Origin: Bacteroidales bacterium
Lineage (GTDB): Bacteria > Bacteroidota > Bacteroidia > Bacteroidales > VadinHA17
Assembly (NCBI GenBank): GCA_030692905.1
Contig: JAUYBT010000030.1
Coordinates: 1 to 37,529, forward strand
Direction of reading: 5' to 3'
Length of the DNA stretch: 37,529 bases
The notes under the pieces are model-generated. The model was not told the DNA's origin. It made no database searches and was given only the letters and a program-made list of their open reading frames with translations. Below are positions 1-9,333 of the stretch, piece after piece. How positions within the stretch are numbered: the first letter of the stretch is position 1; each line of letters starts with the position of its first letter. The position numbers were made by a program, and so were the translations under genes.

Positions 1-55
1 AAGTTAAAGCCGATAATTTTATATATTTACACCTGATTTAAAGCAATCTAGTTAG

Positions 56-1843
56 ATGGACAATATCCGGAATTTCTGCATAATAGCTCATATTGACCAT
101 GGCAAGAGTACACTGGCCGACCGGTTACTGGAGAAGACCAATACAATAACCGAAAGAGAATACCAGGCACAGGTACTCGACGACATGGATATTGAAAGGG
201 AAAGAGGCATAACAATAAAGAGTCATGCAATTCAGATGGAATATTTCCATGACGGTAAAAAGTATATCCTGAATCTTATTGATACACCCGGGCATGTTGA
301 TTTTTCTTATGAAGTATCGCGGTCAATTGCTGCATGCGAAGGTGCTTTACTTGTTATAGATGCTACTCAGGGAATACAGGCACAAACCATATCGAACCTC
401 TATATGGCTATCGATCACAATCTTGAAATTATTCCGGTGCTAAACAAGATGGACATGGCCAACGCGATGCCTGAAGAGGTTAAGGATCAGATCGTTGACC
501 TTGTAGGTTGCAAAAGGGAAGACATCATTGAGGCAAGCGCAAAGACAGGCATGGGAGTAGAAAAAATTCTTCGTGATATTGTAAATCATATTCCACCTCC
601 GGAAGGAAATCCCGATGCCCCTTTACAGGCTCTGGTATTTGATTCAATCTTCAATTCATTCAGAGGTATTATTGCTTACTTTAAAATAATTAATGGAACA
701 ATACGTAAAGGTGACAGGGTAAAATTCTTCAGTACGGAACATGAATATAATGCAGAAGAGATAGGAGTTTTAAAATTTAAACAGGATCCCCGCGATAAAT
801 TGGGGGCAGGCGATGTTGGTTATATTATTTCAGGAATAAAAAACTCCGTAGAAGTTAAGGTTGGTGATACTATTACACATGTTAAGAACCCCTGTGATAA
901 AGCAATTTCAGGATTTGAGGATGTTAAACCAATGGTGTTTGCCGGAATTTACCCTATTGATGCTGATGAGTATGAAGACCTGAGAATTTCAATAGAAAAG
1001 TTACAGTTGAATGATGCTTCTCTTTCATTCATTCCGGAATCATCAGCAGCACTTGGATTTGGTTTCAGGTGCGGTTTCCTGGGACTACTTCATATGGAAA
1101 TCATCCAGGAGCGTCTCAACAGGGAGTTCGACATGGATGTGATTACAACGGTACCAAACGTTTCTTATAAAGCATATACCACCAAAGGAGAAGAGATTGA
1201 TGTTCATAATCCTTCGGGGTTGCCTCCTGTTAACCATCTCGACCGTATTGAGGAGCCCTATATTATTGCACAGGTAATTACATTATCTGAGTATGTAGGC
1301 TCAATAATGAATCTTTGTATTGATAAAAGGGGTGTTCTGAAAAATCAGGTTTACCTTACAAGAGACAGGGTTGAAATAACATTCGAAATGCCTCTGGCAG
1401 AAATTGTTTTTGATTTCTACGATAAACTTAAGAGCATCTCTAAAGGGTATGCCTCTTTTGATTATTATTATACTACATATCAAAAGGCGGATCTTGTAAG
1501 GCTTGATATCCTTTTAAACGGTGAAATGGTGGATGCTCTTTCCACACTTATTTACAGAGGTCATGCATACGAATTTGGCCGGAAGATGTGTGTCAAACTT
1601 AAAGAACTTATTCCGCGTCAGCAGTTTGACATTGCCATACAGGCAGCGATAGGAGCGAAAATTATTTCCCGCGAAACAGTAAAGGCAGTCAGAAAGGATG
1701 TAACAGCAAAATGTTACGGCGGCGATATTACAAGGAAAAGAAAACTTCTGGAGAAACAGAAGAAAGGGAAGAAACGAATGAGGCTGGTGGGAAACGTTGA
1801 AGTTCCTCAACAGGCATTCCTTGCAGTTTTAAAACTTGACTAA
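56..1843 (+). CDS. lepA: Elongation factor 4 (LepA)
   Basis: [36 protein letters not shown] GTPase motifs; C-terminal [18 protein letters not shown]. Confidence 0.99.
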   Translation: MDNIRNFCIIAHIDHGKSTLADRLLEKTNTITEREYQAQVLDDMDIERERGITIKSHAIQMEYFHDGKKYILNLIDTPGHVDFSYEVSRSIAACEGALLVIDATQGIQAQTISNLYMAIDHNLEIIPVLNKMDMANAMPEEVKDQIVDLVGCKREDIIEASAKTGMGVEKILRDIVNHIPPPEGNPDAPLQALVFDSIFNSFRGIIAYFKIINGTIRKGDRVKFFSTEHEYNAEEIGVLKFKQDPRDKLGAGDVGYIISGIKNSVEVKVGDTITHVKNPCDKAISGFEDVKPMVFAGIYPIDADEYEDLRISIEKLQLNDASLSFIPESSAALGFGFRCGFLGLLHMEIIQERLNREFDMDVITTVPNVSYKAYTTKGEEIDVHNPSGLPPVNHLDRIEEPYIIAQVITLSEYVGSIMNLCIDKRGVLKNQVYLTRDRVEITFEMPLAEIVFDFYDKLKSISKGYASFDYYYTTYQKADLVRLDILLNGEMVDALSTLIYRGHAYEFGRKMCVKLKELIPRQQFDIAIQAAIGAKIISRETVKAVRKDVTAKCYGGDITRKRKLLEKQKKGKKRMRLVGNVEVPQQAFLAVLKLD

Positions 1844-1904
1844 TCCGATCAACCAACCTAAGTTCTTTACCCTGACCAAATCTAAAAAATTTCAGGGTGT
1901 TTTT

Positions 1905-2591
1905 TCAGCAAATAAGTTTATAGCCTCTTCCGTGTACGTTTAATATTTTTACAGACGGGTCTTTTTTGAGATATTTTCTCAATCTTGTAATATATACATC
2001 CATGCTCCTTGCATTAAAATAGTTATCATCAATCCAGATAGTTTTTAATGCAAAGTTTCTCTCCAGTATTTCGTTCCCATGCCGACATAATAGTTCAAGC
2101 AGCTCTGATTCCTTTGTTGTGAGTTTTATTAGTTGATCTCCGTAAACAAGCAATTGTTTCAGAGGCTCAAAAGAATAACCTCCAATTACATAGGGTCCCT
2201 CTTTTTTATTTACGGAAGTATTGGTGGTTCTTCTCAGGATGGCTTCGATGCGGTAAAGCAGCTCCTCCATTGAAAATGGTTTTGTAATATAATCATCAGC
2301 ACCTGATTTGAATCCTTCTATTATGTCTTCTTTCTGGTTTTTTGCTGTAAGAAAAATTATGGGTACTTCAGGGTTTGTAAGGCGAATCTCTTTTGCAAGA
2401 GTAAGTCCATCCATTTCGGGCATCATAATATCAAGTATGCACAGCCCGAATGACTCTGCAGAGAAGGCTTCAAGAGCCAGACTACCGTTTATGAACAGTG
2501 TTGTTTCATAGTTCTTAGCGGTGAGATAATTCCTTAACATGATGCCCAGGTTGCTGTCATCTTCGGCAAGCAGAATTCTAATCTTATTCAT
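1905..2591 (-). CDS. rprY: OmpR/PhoB-family response regulator (RprY-like)
   Basis: Receiver domain (LLAEDD, LDIMMPEMDG, GADDYITKPF) plus winged helix (NARSMDVYITRLRKYL, HGRGYKL); 4-nt ATGA overlap with the upstream kinase. Confidence 0.9.
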   Translation of the reverse strand: MNKIRILLAEDDSNLGIMLRNYLTAKNYETTLFINGSLALEAFSAESFGLCILDIMMPEMDGLTLAKEIRLTNPEVPIIFLTAKNQKEDIIEGFKSGADDYITKPFSMEELLYRIEAILRRTTNTSVNKKEGPYVIGGYSFEPLKQLLVYGDQLIKLTTKESELLELLCRHGNEILERNFALKTIWIDDNYFNARSMDVYITRLRKYLKKDPSVKILNVHGRGYKLIC

Positions 2592-4144
2592 TTTAATCCG
2601 TTTTGTGGAAGAAAAATAGTAAATCTTGTTCCTTTATTAATCTGGCTATCAGCCTTAATTGTTCCGTTATGTTCTTCTATAATCTTCTTAACATAACTTA
2701 AACCGAGGCCAAACCCTTTTACATTATGAACATTACCGGAAGGGACACGAAAGAATTTGTCAAAAATCCTTTTCAGGTTTTCTTTACTTATCCCCATACC
2801 TTTATCTTCAATAGTAACCAAAATACCTTTCTTGTTATTACGGGTGGAGATAATTATTTCCGGTTTATCTTTAGAGTATTTAATTGCATTATCAATAAGG
2901 TTGGAGATTGAATTCAGAAAATGAATTTCATCAACCATTGCAAGTGACATCGTGGCCTGAAAATCACTCTTTATCAAGCCATCGTGGTTTCCGATCTGAA
3001 GAGCGAAATTATCTACTGCTTTATTAATTATCCCATTAACATCCAACTCAACCAGATTGAATTTCATTTTTATTTTTTCAAATATTGCCATCTGGAGAAC
3101 TTTCTCAACCTGGAACTTAAGTCTCATGCTCTCATCGGAAATAACTTTTGCCAGGTTGTCGATATTTCTATCCTTGTCGGAGATTGTTTTATCGGCCATC
3201 ATCTGGGAAGCCAGAGATATTGTGGAAATAGGTGTTTTAAGCTCATGAGTCATATTGTTTATGAAATCACTCCTTATTTCTGAAATCCTTTTTTGGCGGA
3301 AAATAACAATAAAAGTCCCGGTGGAAAGGATCAGCAGAAGCAAGGTAAACAGCAGGGATAAAAAACCAAGGATTCCGATTTTCTCAAATTTATATTGTTG
3401 TTCCTGAAGGCAATATAGTACTATCTGATTCTGACTGGGAACAGGGTCGTTCGGAAAAAGCTGAATGATGAATTTATTTGTCCCTGGCTTATCGGTAAAA
3501 CCAGGCGTTTTCCATATATTTCCCAAGCGCCCGGACCGGATGGAGAATTCATAATCGAGATAAATTCCGGCATTATTAAGGGCTGTTCTGAGTTGCTGAT
3601 TCAGATTTTCAGGATCTATTCTTTCTCTGATATCAGGGGTATTGCGAAGTATTTTCTCCATTATATTCTCGAGGAAAACAATTTTATTACTCACCCTTCC
3701 GGTTATATCCGAATTAGTTATTTGTGGCGAAGGTTCAGGTGTTTCATCTGTGGAAAAGGGAGAAATATCTTCAGCTGAAATAAATATTTTATGACCTGAA
3801 CTGGTTATTGCTATTGGTTCACCAGGATTATTAAGTCCATACATTTCAAGAAGTTTGGAGTTGGGCTGATATCCCTGAAGTTTCCTGGCCAGAGGAGAAT
3901 TAGCGGGAACAATTGCTGTAACTGAATCTGTTGATGCCGGATCGATATCTTCAACGATATTTTTTATTAATTCCTTCTCTTCAAGATCAAGAACGACTGA
4001 CTCAAGAGCTTTATTAGCAAGGTAACGGAATTGCTGATCGGTTATAGCAATCGCATTTCGAATCCAGTATAACTGTATAAGGATCAGCCCCGAGATAGAC
4101 AGAAAAAAAAATATGGCCAGTAATACTATGGTTTTCCGCTTCAT
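2588..4144 (-). CDS. rprX: Sensor histidine kinase (RprX-like)
   Basis: Two transmembrane segments; H-box FINNMTHELKTP, N-box NLIDNAIKYS, G-boxes DKGMGI and GFGLGL. Confidence 0.88.
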   Translation of the reverse strand: MKRKTIVLLAIFFFLSISGLILIQLYWIRNAIAITDQQFRYLANKALESVVLDLEEKELIKNIVEDIDPASTDSVTAIVPANSPLARKLQGYQPNSKLLEMYGLNNPGEPIAITSSGHKIFISAEDISPFSTDETPEPSPQITNSDITGRVSNKIVFLENIMEKILRNTPDIRERIDPENLNQQLRTALNNAGIYLDYEFSIRSGRLGNIWKTPGFTDKPGTNKFIIQLFPNDPVPSQNQIVLYCLQEQQYKFEKIGILGFLSLLFTLLLLILSTGTFIVIFRQKRISEIRSDFINNMTHELKTPISTISLASQMMADKTISDKDRNIDNLAKVISDESMRLKFQVEKVLQMAIFEKIKMKFNLVELDVNGIINKAVDNFALQIGNHDGLIKSDFQATMSLAMVDEIHFLNSISNLIDNAIKYSKDKPEIIISTRNNKKGILVTIEDKGMGISKENLKRIFDKFFRVPSGNVHNVKGFGLGLSYVKKIIEEHNGTIKADSQINKGTRFTIFLPQNGLK

Positions 4145-4151
4145 ACAGACA

Positions 4152-4159
4152 CAAAAGTA
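4152..4159 (-). promoter_or_regulatory. Bacteroidota sigma70 -7 box (TACTTTTG) for the kinase/regulator operon
   Basis: Matches TAnnTTTG, 7 nt upstream of the ATG at 4144. Confidence 0.55.
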
Positions 4160-4183
4160 CTTGTATATATTTTATATTACCAC

Positions 4184-4289
4184 TCTTTAACTTTCTTTAA
4201 CAATCCTGACTGTTTCAGGCGATTATTACAGGAATTGCGAAGACACAAAAAATAAATTATTTTAACATATCATTAAAATATTGTTAATA
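4184..4289. promoter_or_regulatory. Phased TTAA(C) direct repeats, candidate response-regulator boxes
   Basis: CTTTAAC at 4185 and 4195 (10-bp period); TTAACA/TTAAAA/TTAATA at 4262, 4273 and 4284 (11-bp period). AT-rich context lowers confidence. Confidence 0.35.
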
Positions 4290-4351
4290 TTCAACTATTT
4301 AGAAAAAAATATTTTTTTAATCCGGTTATTTATATTATATTTGCAAAGGAT

Positions 4352-4368
4352 TTGGCATGATATTTGAA
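4352..4368 (+). promoter_or_regulatory. Sigma54-like -24/-12 promoter (TTGGCATGATATTTGAA)
   Basis: GG at 4354-4355, then exactly 10 nt to G(A) at 4366-4367; a sigma70 -7 box TATATTTG also lies at 4336-4343. Confidence 0.55.
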
Positions 4369-4378
4369 TCAAAAGATA

Positions 4379-4457
4379 TAGAGGTTTTTTTCATAGGTTA
4401 GGTTAGTTTTTAGGGTTATCAAAAAAGTGAGCCGCTTTCATAGCGGCTCTTCTTTTT
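4379..4457 (+). ncRNA. Candidate small regulatory RNA (~80 nt)
   Basis: Promoter upstream, intrinsic terminator downstream, no + strand ORF; U/G-rich body TTTTTTCATAGGTTAGGTTAGTTTTTAGGGTTAT. Confidence 0.55.
4421..4457. terminator. Bidirectional intrinsic terminator
   Basis: GAGCCGCT-ttcat-AGCGGCTC stem with an A6 tract before and TTCTTTTT after; lies downstream of the acpP-fabF-rnc operon. Confidence 0.85.
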
Positions 4458-4478
4458 GTATCATGTCTCAGGAAAACT

Positions 4479-4919
4479 TTATTGGGTCAGGTATTGTAAA
4501 TTCTTATCCTTAAAGGTATTTATATCAATATTGAACACTGCATTTACAGATTCAATTTCTCTCAGACTGGCAGTTATCTGATCTGTATGATTTTCATTTT
4601 CAGCATCCTGTACCTGAAAAATGTAATCTACATTTTTCAGTTTTTTAAGAAGAAAGCTTTTGCCAGACCGGTTTGAGAACAGATTAAACACTACATCCGG
4701 AGACTTACTGGAATCCGAAAACCGGCTAAATGCCAGTTCAGATCCGGTATCATCAGTAATCTTAAGGGGTAATATGTTTTTAAGAGAAATCCGGAATTTC
4801 TTATTAATTGAAAGTGAAAGTTTATAGTCAGGTTCTGCTGATACTATTCCAAGAAGTATAAACTCATCATTCTGGTTAATCTTAAGTTGCAATCGTGTTA
4901 TTCTTTGAATACTCTTCAT
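4479..4919 (-). CDS. IPExxxVDY-family protein (Bacteroidota conserved hypothetical)
   Basis: 146 aa; LLGIVS..DYKL..SIN and LLKKLKNVDY; typical position after rnc. Confidence 0.7.
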   Translation of the reverse strand: MKSIQRITRLQLKINQNDEFILLGIVSAEPDYKLSLSINKKFRISLKNILPLKITDDTGSELAFSRFSDSSKSPDVVFNLFSNRSGKSFLLKKLKNVDYIFQVQDAENENHTDQITASLREIESVNAVFNIDINTFKDKNLQYLTQ

Positions 4920-4968
4920 CTTTCGACGGCTTAACTAATAAAGTTAAGTAAAAAAGAAATACCAAACC

Positions 4969-5709
4969 TTATACGTTGAATTTATCTTTCAGTCTTTTCC
5001 ATGCCTGACTGGAAGATTCCTGTTCGGCCTCCTTTTTTGAGGCTCCGTGGCCTTCCCCTAACTCTTCTTTATCAATGAAAAGGATTGTTGAGAAGACAGA
5101 TTTTTTGAGGTTAAAATCATATTCCTCATTATATGTGAACATGAGGTTGGATTTATGCTTTTGCACCCATTCAAAAATAAGACTTTTATAATCTGTATCT
5201 GTATTAACGATCACATTCAGATCGAGGTATTTATTAAGTACATTACTGATAAAGAGCTTTTTGGTTTTTTTGAATCCTTTGTCTATAAAGACTGATCCGA
5301 TAAGTGCCTCGAGGGCATCACCATAAAGATTTTTTGTCGGGTGAACAGAACTGACATTGCTGATAAGGATTTTATTGATCCCCATTGATACCGCCAGTTG
5401 ATTAAGTACTTCCCTGTTCACAATCCTTGACCGTATTTTGGTCATAAAGCCTTCGCTGGCATCTGGGAATTTCTCGAAGAGATAATCTGACAGAATTGCA
5501 TCGAGCACGGCATCTCCCAGATACTCAAGCCTTTCATTATTCACTTTTTTACCATTGGGCAGGGTAAAAGAAGCTGACCGGTGGATAAATGCTATTTCGT
5601 ATAATTTAAGGTTTCCTGGACTAAAGCCTAAGATCTTTTTTAAACGGGAACCAAATTCCCGGTTATCGAGTACATATGTACCATTTATTCTTTTCCGGAA
5701 TAATGACAC
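4969..5709 (-). CDS. rnc: Ribonuclease III
   Basis: NERLEYLGDAVL signature, GDALEALIG, C-terminal dsRBD (DYKS...SKKEAEQ); GTG start overlaps the fabF stop by 1 nt. Confidence 0.97.
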   Translation of the reverse strand: MSLFRKRINGTYVLDNREFGSRLKKILGFSPGNLKLYEIAFIHRSASFTLPNGKKVNNERLEYLGDAVLDAILSDYLFEKFPDASEGFMTKIRSRIVNREVLNQLAVSMGINKILISNVSSVHPTKNLYGDALEALIGSVFIDKGFKKTKKLFISNVLNKYLDLNVIVNTDTDYKSLIFEWVQKHKSNLMFTYNEEYDFNLKKSVFSTILFIDKEELGEGHGASKKEAEQESSSQAWKRLKDKFNV

Positions 5710-6956
5710 TAAACTTCAGCTTTTTTAATGACGACAGAAGCGTTATGACCCCCAAACCCAAAGGTATTACTGATGGCAACATTAACTTTTCTGTTCTGGG
5801 CTTTGTTGAGTGTAAGATTCAGTTTTTGATCAATTGCAGGATCAGGAATCTTGAAGTTGATGGTAGGAGGAATGATGTCGTGAACAACAGACATTATGGC
5901 TGCAATTGCTTCAACAGCACCGGCTGCTCCCAAAAGGTGACCTGTCATTGATTTAGTCGAACTGATATTTAGCTTATAGGCATGTTCTCCAAAAACACTT
6001 ACAATAGCTTTTGTTTCAGAGACATCACCCAGCGGAGTTGCTGTGCCATGTACATTTATATAATCAACATCTTCGTACTTCAGGCAAGCATCATTTACCG
6101 CAAGTTTCATTACATTCTGTGCACCAAGTCCCTCAGGATGAGGAGCCGTCAGGTGATAGGCATCAGCAGTTAATCCTGTACCAACTAATTCGGCATACAC
6201 TTTTGCACCTCTTGCTTTGGCGTGTTCATACTCCTCAACTACCAATGCGCCTGCACCTTCTCCCAGGACAAACCCATCACGGGTCTGATCGAAAGGTCTT
6301 GATGCAGATTGAAATTCAGCATTATTTGTAGAGAGGGCCTGTAATGCATTAAAACCACCAATTCCCGGTTCATTGATACTGGCTTCTGAACCTCCGGTAA
6401 TGAAAATATCTGCTTTTCCCCAGCGTATATAATTGATAGCATCAATAATTGCGTTGGTGGAGGAGGCACATGCTGAAACAGTAGCGAAGTTTGGCCCTCT
6501 GAAACCGTATTTTATTGAGATTGATCCGGCAGCAATGTTTCCGATCATCTTGGGGATAAAGAATGGACTGAAGCGGGGTGTCCCATCCCCAAGGACATAA
6601 CTTTTAATGGCCAGAAAAAAGGTTTCAAGTCCCCCGATACCTGAAGCCCATATAACCCCAACCCTGTCTTTGTTAACTTTTTCCAGATTTAACCCTGAAT
6701 CAATTATTGCTTCGTCAGTGGCAATGAGTGCATACTGAGAATACAAATCCAGTTTGTAGGCCTCTTTCCTGTCAAAATACTTTGCAGAGTCGTAGTCCTT
6801 TAATTCGCAGGCAAATTTGGTTTTGAACTTTTCAGTATCAAAACGTGTAATAATTACTGATCCGCTGACACCATTTTTTAGTCCTTCCCAATATTCGTGC
6901 AAATTATTACCTAAAGGAGTTAATACTCCCAGACCTGTCACTACAACTCTTCTCAT
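5709..6956 (-). CDS. fabF: 3-oxoacyl-ACP synthase II
   Basis: RRVVVTGLG, catalytic SACAS, NVHGTATPLGD, KSMTGHLLGAAG, NTFGFGGHN. Confidence 0.98.
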   Translation of the reverse strand: MRRVVVTGLGVLTPLGNNLHEYWEGLKNGVSGSVIITRFDTEKFKTKFACELKDYDSAKYFDRKEAYKLDLYSQYALIATDEAIIDSGLNLEKVNKDRVGVIWASGIGGLETFFLAIKSYVLGDGTPRFSPFFIPKMIGNIAAGSISIKYGFRGPNFATVSACASSTNAIIDAINYIRWGKADIFITGGSEASINEPGIGGFNALQALSTNNAEFQSASRPFDQTRDGFVLGEGAGALVVEEYEHAKARGAKVYAELVGTGLTADAYHLTAPHPEGLGAQNVMKLAVNDACLKYEDVDYINVHGTATPLGDVSETKAIVSVFGEHAYKLNISSTKSMTGHLLGAAGAVEAIAAIMSVVHDIIPPTINFKIPDPAIDQKLNLTLNKAQNRKVNVAISNTFGFGGHNASVVIKKAEV

Positions 6957-6979
6957 AAATGGGTTATTAAAAATGCAAA

Positions 6980-7216
6980 TTATTTTGCATTCTCTTCAAT
7001 GTACTTGATAGCATCTCCGACTGTGCCAATGGTTTCTGCCTGATCGTCGGGAATACCGATATTGAATTCTTTCTCAAACTCCATGATTAACTCAACAGTA
7101 TCAAGAGAGTCTGCACCTAAATCGTTTGTGAAACTGGCTTCAGGAGTTACTTCTGATTCGTCTACTCCAAGTTTGTCAACTATAATCTCCTTTACTCTTG
7201 TGGCAATGTCCGACAT
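6980..7216 (-). CDS. acpP: Acyl carrier protein
   Basis: 78 aa acidic protein with [14 protein letters not shown] phosphopantetheine site. Confidence 0.99.
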   Translation of the reverse strand: MSDIATRVKEIIVDKLGVDESEVTPEASFTNDLGADSLDTVELIMEFEKEFNIGIPDDQAETIGTVGDAIKYIEENAK

Positions 7217-7398
7217 AATAATAAATTTTAATTAATATTAATTTTTGAACCATGTAAAGAAATATATTTGTACTTTATTTTTCAAGAGATTTGATGTTTT
7301 TTTATTTAGGTTACAGTTTAATGTGTTGATAATTAGAAAAATAATCTTATTTTAAGGAATTATTAATAATGGTTGATAAATATGCTAATTATCAAAAT

Positions 7399-8001
7399 AT
7401 GAGGAATATAGCAATTTTTGCTTCTGGCTCCGGTACCAATGCAGAAAACATAATTCAATACTTTTCGAACAGAAATACAGCTAAAGTAAGTCTTGTTTTG
7501 TCAAATAAGCGTCAGGCAATGGTTCTAAAAAGGGCTGAAGCACTTAAAATAAGAACTGTTTTTTTCGAACATAAGGAATTTTATATCACAGGAAAGGTAC
7601 TTCGTTACCTTGGATTATATAAAATTGATTTTATTGTTCTGGCTGGATTTTTATGGCTCGTACCCGAGAATATAATTGAACAATACCCCGGACGAATTAT
7701 AAATATTCACCCTGCACTTTTACCTGGTTATGGTGGAAAAGGAATGTATGGAGATGCTGTCCATAAAGCAGTGATTGGTAATCATGATAAGGAATCAGGA
7801 ATCAGTATTCATTATGTAAATAAATTGTATGATAAGGGGGATATAATTTTTCAGGAACGTTGTAAAGTTGATCCTTCTGATACTCCTGACTTACTTGCTG
7901 AAAAGGTTCATGCCCTTGAATATCTGCATTATCCAAAGATTATTGAAGACCTGGTGGTAAAATTGCCTGATTTTCTAATTAAAGGTCCCGAGGAGGCTTA
8001 A
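7399..8001 (+). CDS. purN: Phosphoribosylglycinamide formyltransferase
   Basis: MRNIAIFASGSGTNA, LAGFL, INIHPALLP; start moved from 7369 to the ATG at 7399; 3' end overlaps the convergent M23 gene by 27 nt. Confidence 0.96.
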   Translation: MRNIAIFASGSGTNAENIIQYFSNRNTAKVSLVLSNKRQAMVLKRAEALKIRTVFFEHKEFYITGKVLRYLGLYKIDFIVLAGFLWLVPENIIEQYPGRIINIHPALLPGYGGKGMYGDAVHKAVIGNHDKESGISIHYVNKLYDKGDIIFQERCKVDPSDTPDLLAEKVHALEYLHYPKIIEDLVVKLPDFLIKGPEEA

Positions 8002-9216
8002 GATAACAGTTTTGATTTTTTCAAACTTCACCCTGTTTTCCTCTGACACTGGTTCTACGGGAGGTGCATCAACTTTCAGAGGATCGACCGATGATCCGTT
8101 CCGATAAAATCTGAAATCGAGATGGGGTCCGGTTGAAAGCCCGCTGCTGCCAACATAACCTATTATATCACCCTGTTTAACAGGGGCGCCCGGTGAAATA
8201 CCCTTACCAAACCTGCTCAGATGCAAATATGCAGTTGCATAAACACTATTGTGTTGAATTTTAACTACCCTTCCTGATCCGATTTCAGTTTTGGCTGAAA
8301 TAATTTTGCCATCGCCTATTGACTGAACGGGTGTACCAACAGGAGCAGCATAATCAACTCCAAAATGGGGCCTTCGTATTCTCAGAATCGGATGGAGCCT
8401 GCTTGATGAGAAACGCGAGCTTATTCTCGAAAACTGCAACGGTGCTTTTAGAAATGCTTTCCTCATGCTGTTTCCATCAATGTCGAAATATGTTTCTTTT
8501 CCATCCTGAATAAATGGTATAGCAGTAATTGAAGAACCTTTCCTATTAAACTGAGCTCCATATATTTTATCTGTTCCCAACGACTTGTTATCGATAAAAA
8601 GTTCTTCATAAATTACCTTAAAATTGTCTCCTTTCTGTAATCCGAAGAAATCGACTGTCCATGCAAAAATATCATCAAATTCAACTACCAGTGAAGGATT
8701 CAGGCCTCCTGCAATCATAGCATCCCAGAGTGAGGTTTCGATAGTCCCCGATGCATATTTGATTTCACTTTTTATCTCCTTTCTGAAAGGCGTAATATTA
8801 AGCGAATCATTAAAGCTGAATACATAACAGGTTGAAGGGTCATGTTCGTATACCAGATACCTCGCCCTGGCAATATTGTCTCTGTCGCAAAAAAGGGTAT
8901 AGTTATTACCCGACCTGATATTTCTTACATCAAAAACTGTTTTGGAATTTTTAACTGCCTGGTCAATCTCCTGCATACTGACACCTTGTTTTATGAGAAT
9001 TTCTGACAGGAAACCATTTTGCTTGATGTGACCGTAAACCAATTTGAATGAATCAGAAGGGATTCCATACAAAAAGACCGGACTGCTGATTTTTTGATTA
9101 ACAGCTGTATCTGTTGCAATTGATGCAATTTCAGGGTTGCTGTTCACTGAATTATTACAGGAAACTGAAAGAGATATAAAAGCAATTGTGATTATGGATT
9201 TTAGGTTGGTATACAT
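7975..9216 (-). CDS. M23-family peptidoglycan DD-metalloendopeptidase (MepM-like), probable lipoprotein
   Basis: HFGVDYAAP (HxxxD), YLHLS, STGPHLDFR; N-terminal hydrophobic stretch ending LSVSC; ATG 9216 preferred over TTG 9249, which lies inside a repeat. Confidence 0.92.
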   Translation of the reverse strand: MYTNLKSIITIAFISLSVSCNNSVNSNPEIASIATDTAVNQKISSPVFLYGIPSDSFKLVYGHIKQNGFLSEILIKQGVSMQEIDQAVKNSKTVFDVRNIRSGNNYTLFCDRDNIARARYLVYEHDPSTCYVFSFNDSLNITPFRKEIKSEIKYASGTIETSLWDAMIAGGLNPSLVVEFDDIFAWTVDFFGLQKGDNFKVIYEELFIDNKSLGTDKIYGAQFNRKGSSITAIPFIQDGKETYFDIDGNSMRKAFLKAPLQFSRISSRFSSSRLHPILRIRRPHFGVDYAAPVGTPVQSIGDGKIISAKTEIGSGRVVKIQHNSVYATAYLHLSRFGKGISPGAPVKQGDIIGYVGSSGLSTGPHLDFRFYRNGSSVDPLKVDAPPVEPVSEENRVKFEKIKTVILSLLGTFN

Positions 9217-9241
9217 CAATATATCAGTATAATTTGTGTGT

Positions 9242-9332
9242 AAGACCAAAGACCGAAGACCGAAGACCGAAGTCAGAAGTATTGATCCTGATTGCTTCCG
9301 GCTTCCGACTTCCGATTTCTGACTTCTGACTT
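9242..9332. repeat. Inverted heptamer tandem-repeat element A
   Basis: (AAGACCR)4 AAGTCAG AAGT, 13-nt spacer, then (RYTTCYG)5 ACTT; begins right after the leuS stop. Confidence 0.9.
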
Positions 9333-9333
9333 T

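Noticed and set aside
1868-1904. ACCCTGA...TCAGGGT between lepA and the response regulator
   Set aside because: 7-bp stem with a ~16-nt loop; a possible but atypical terminator
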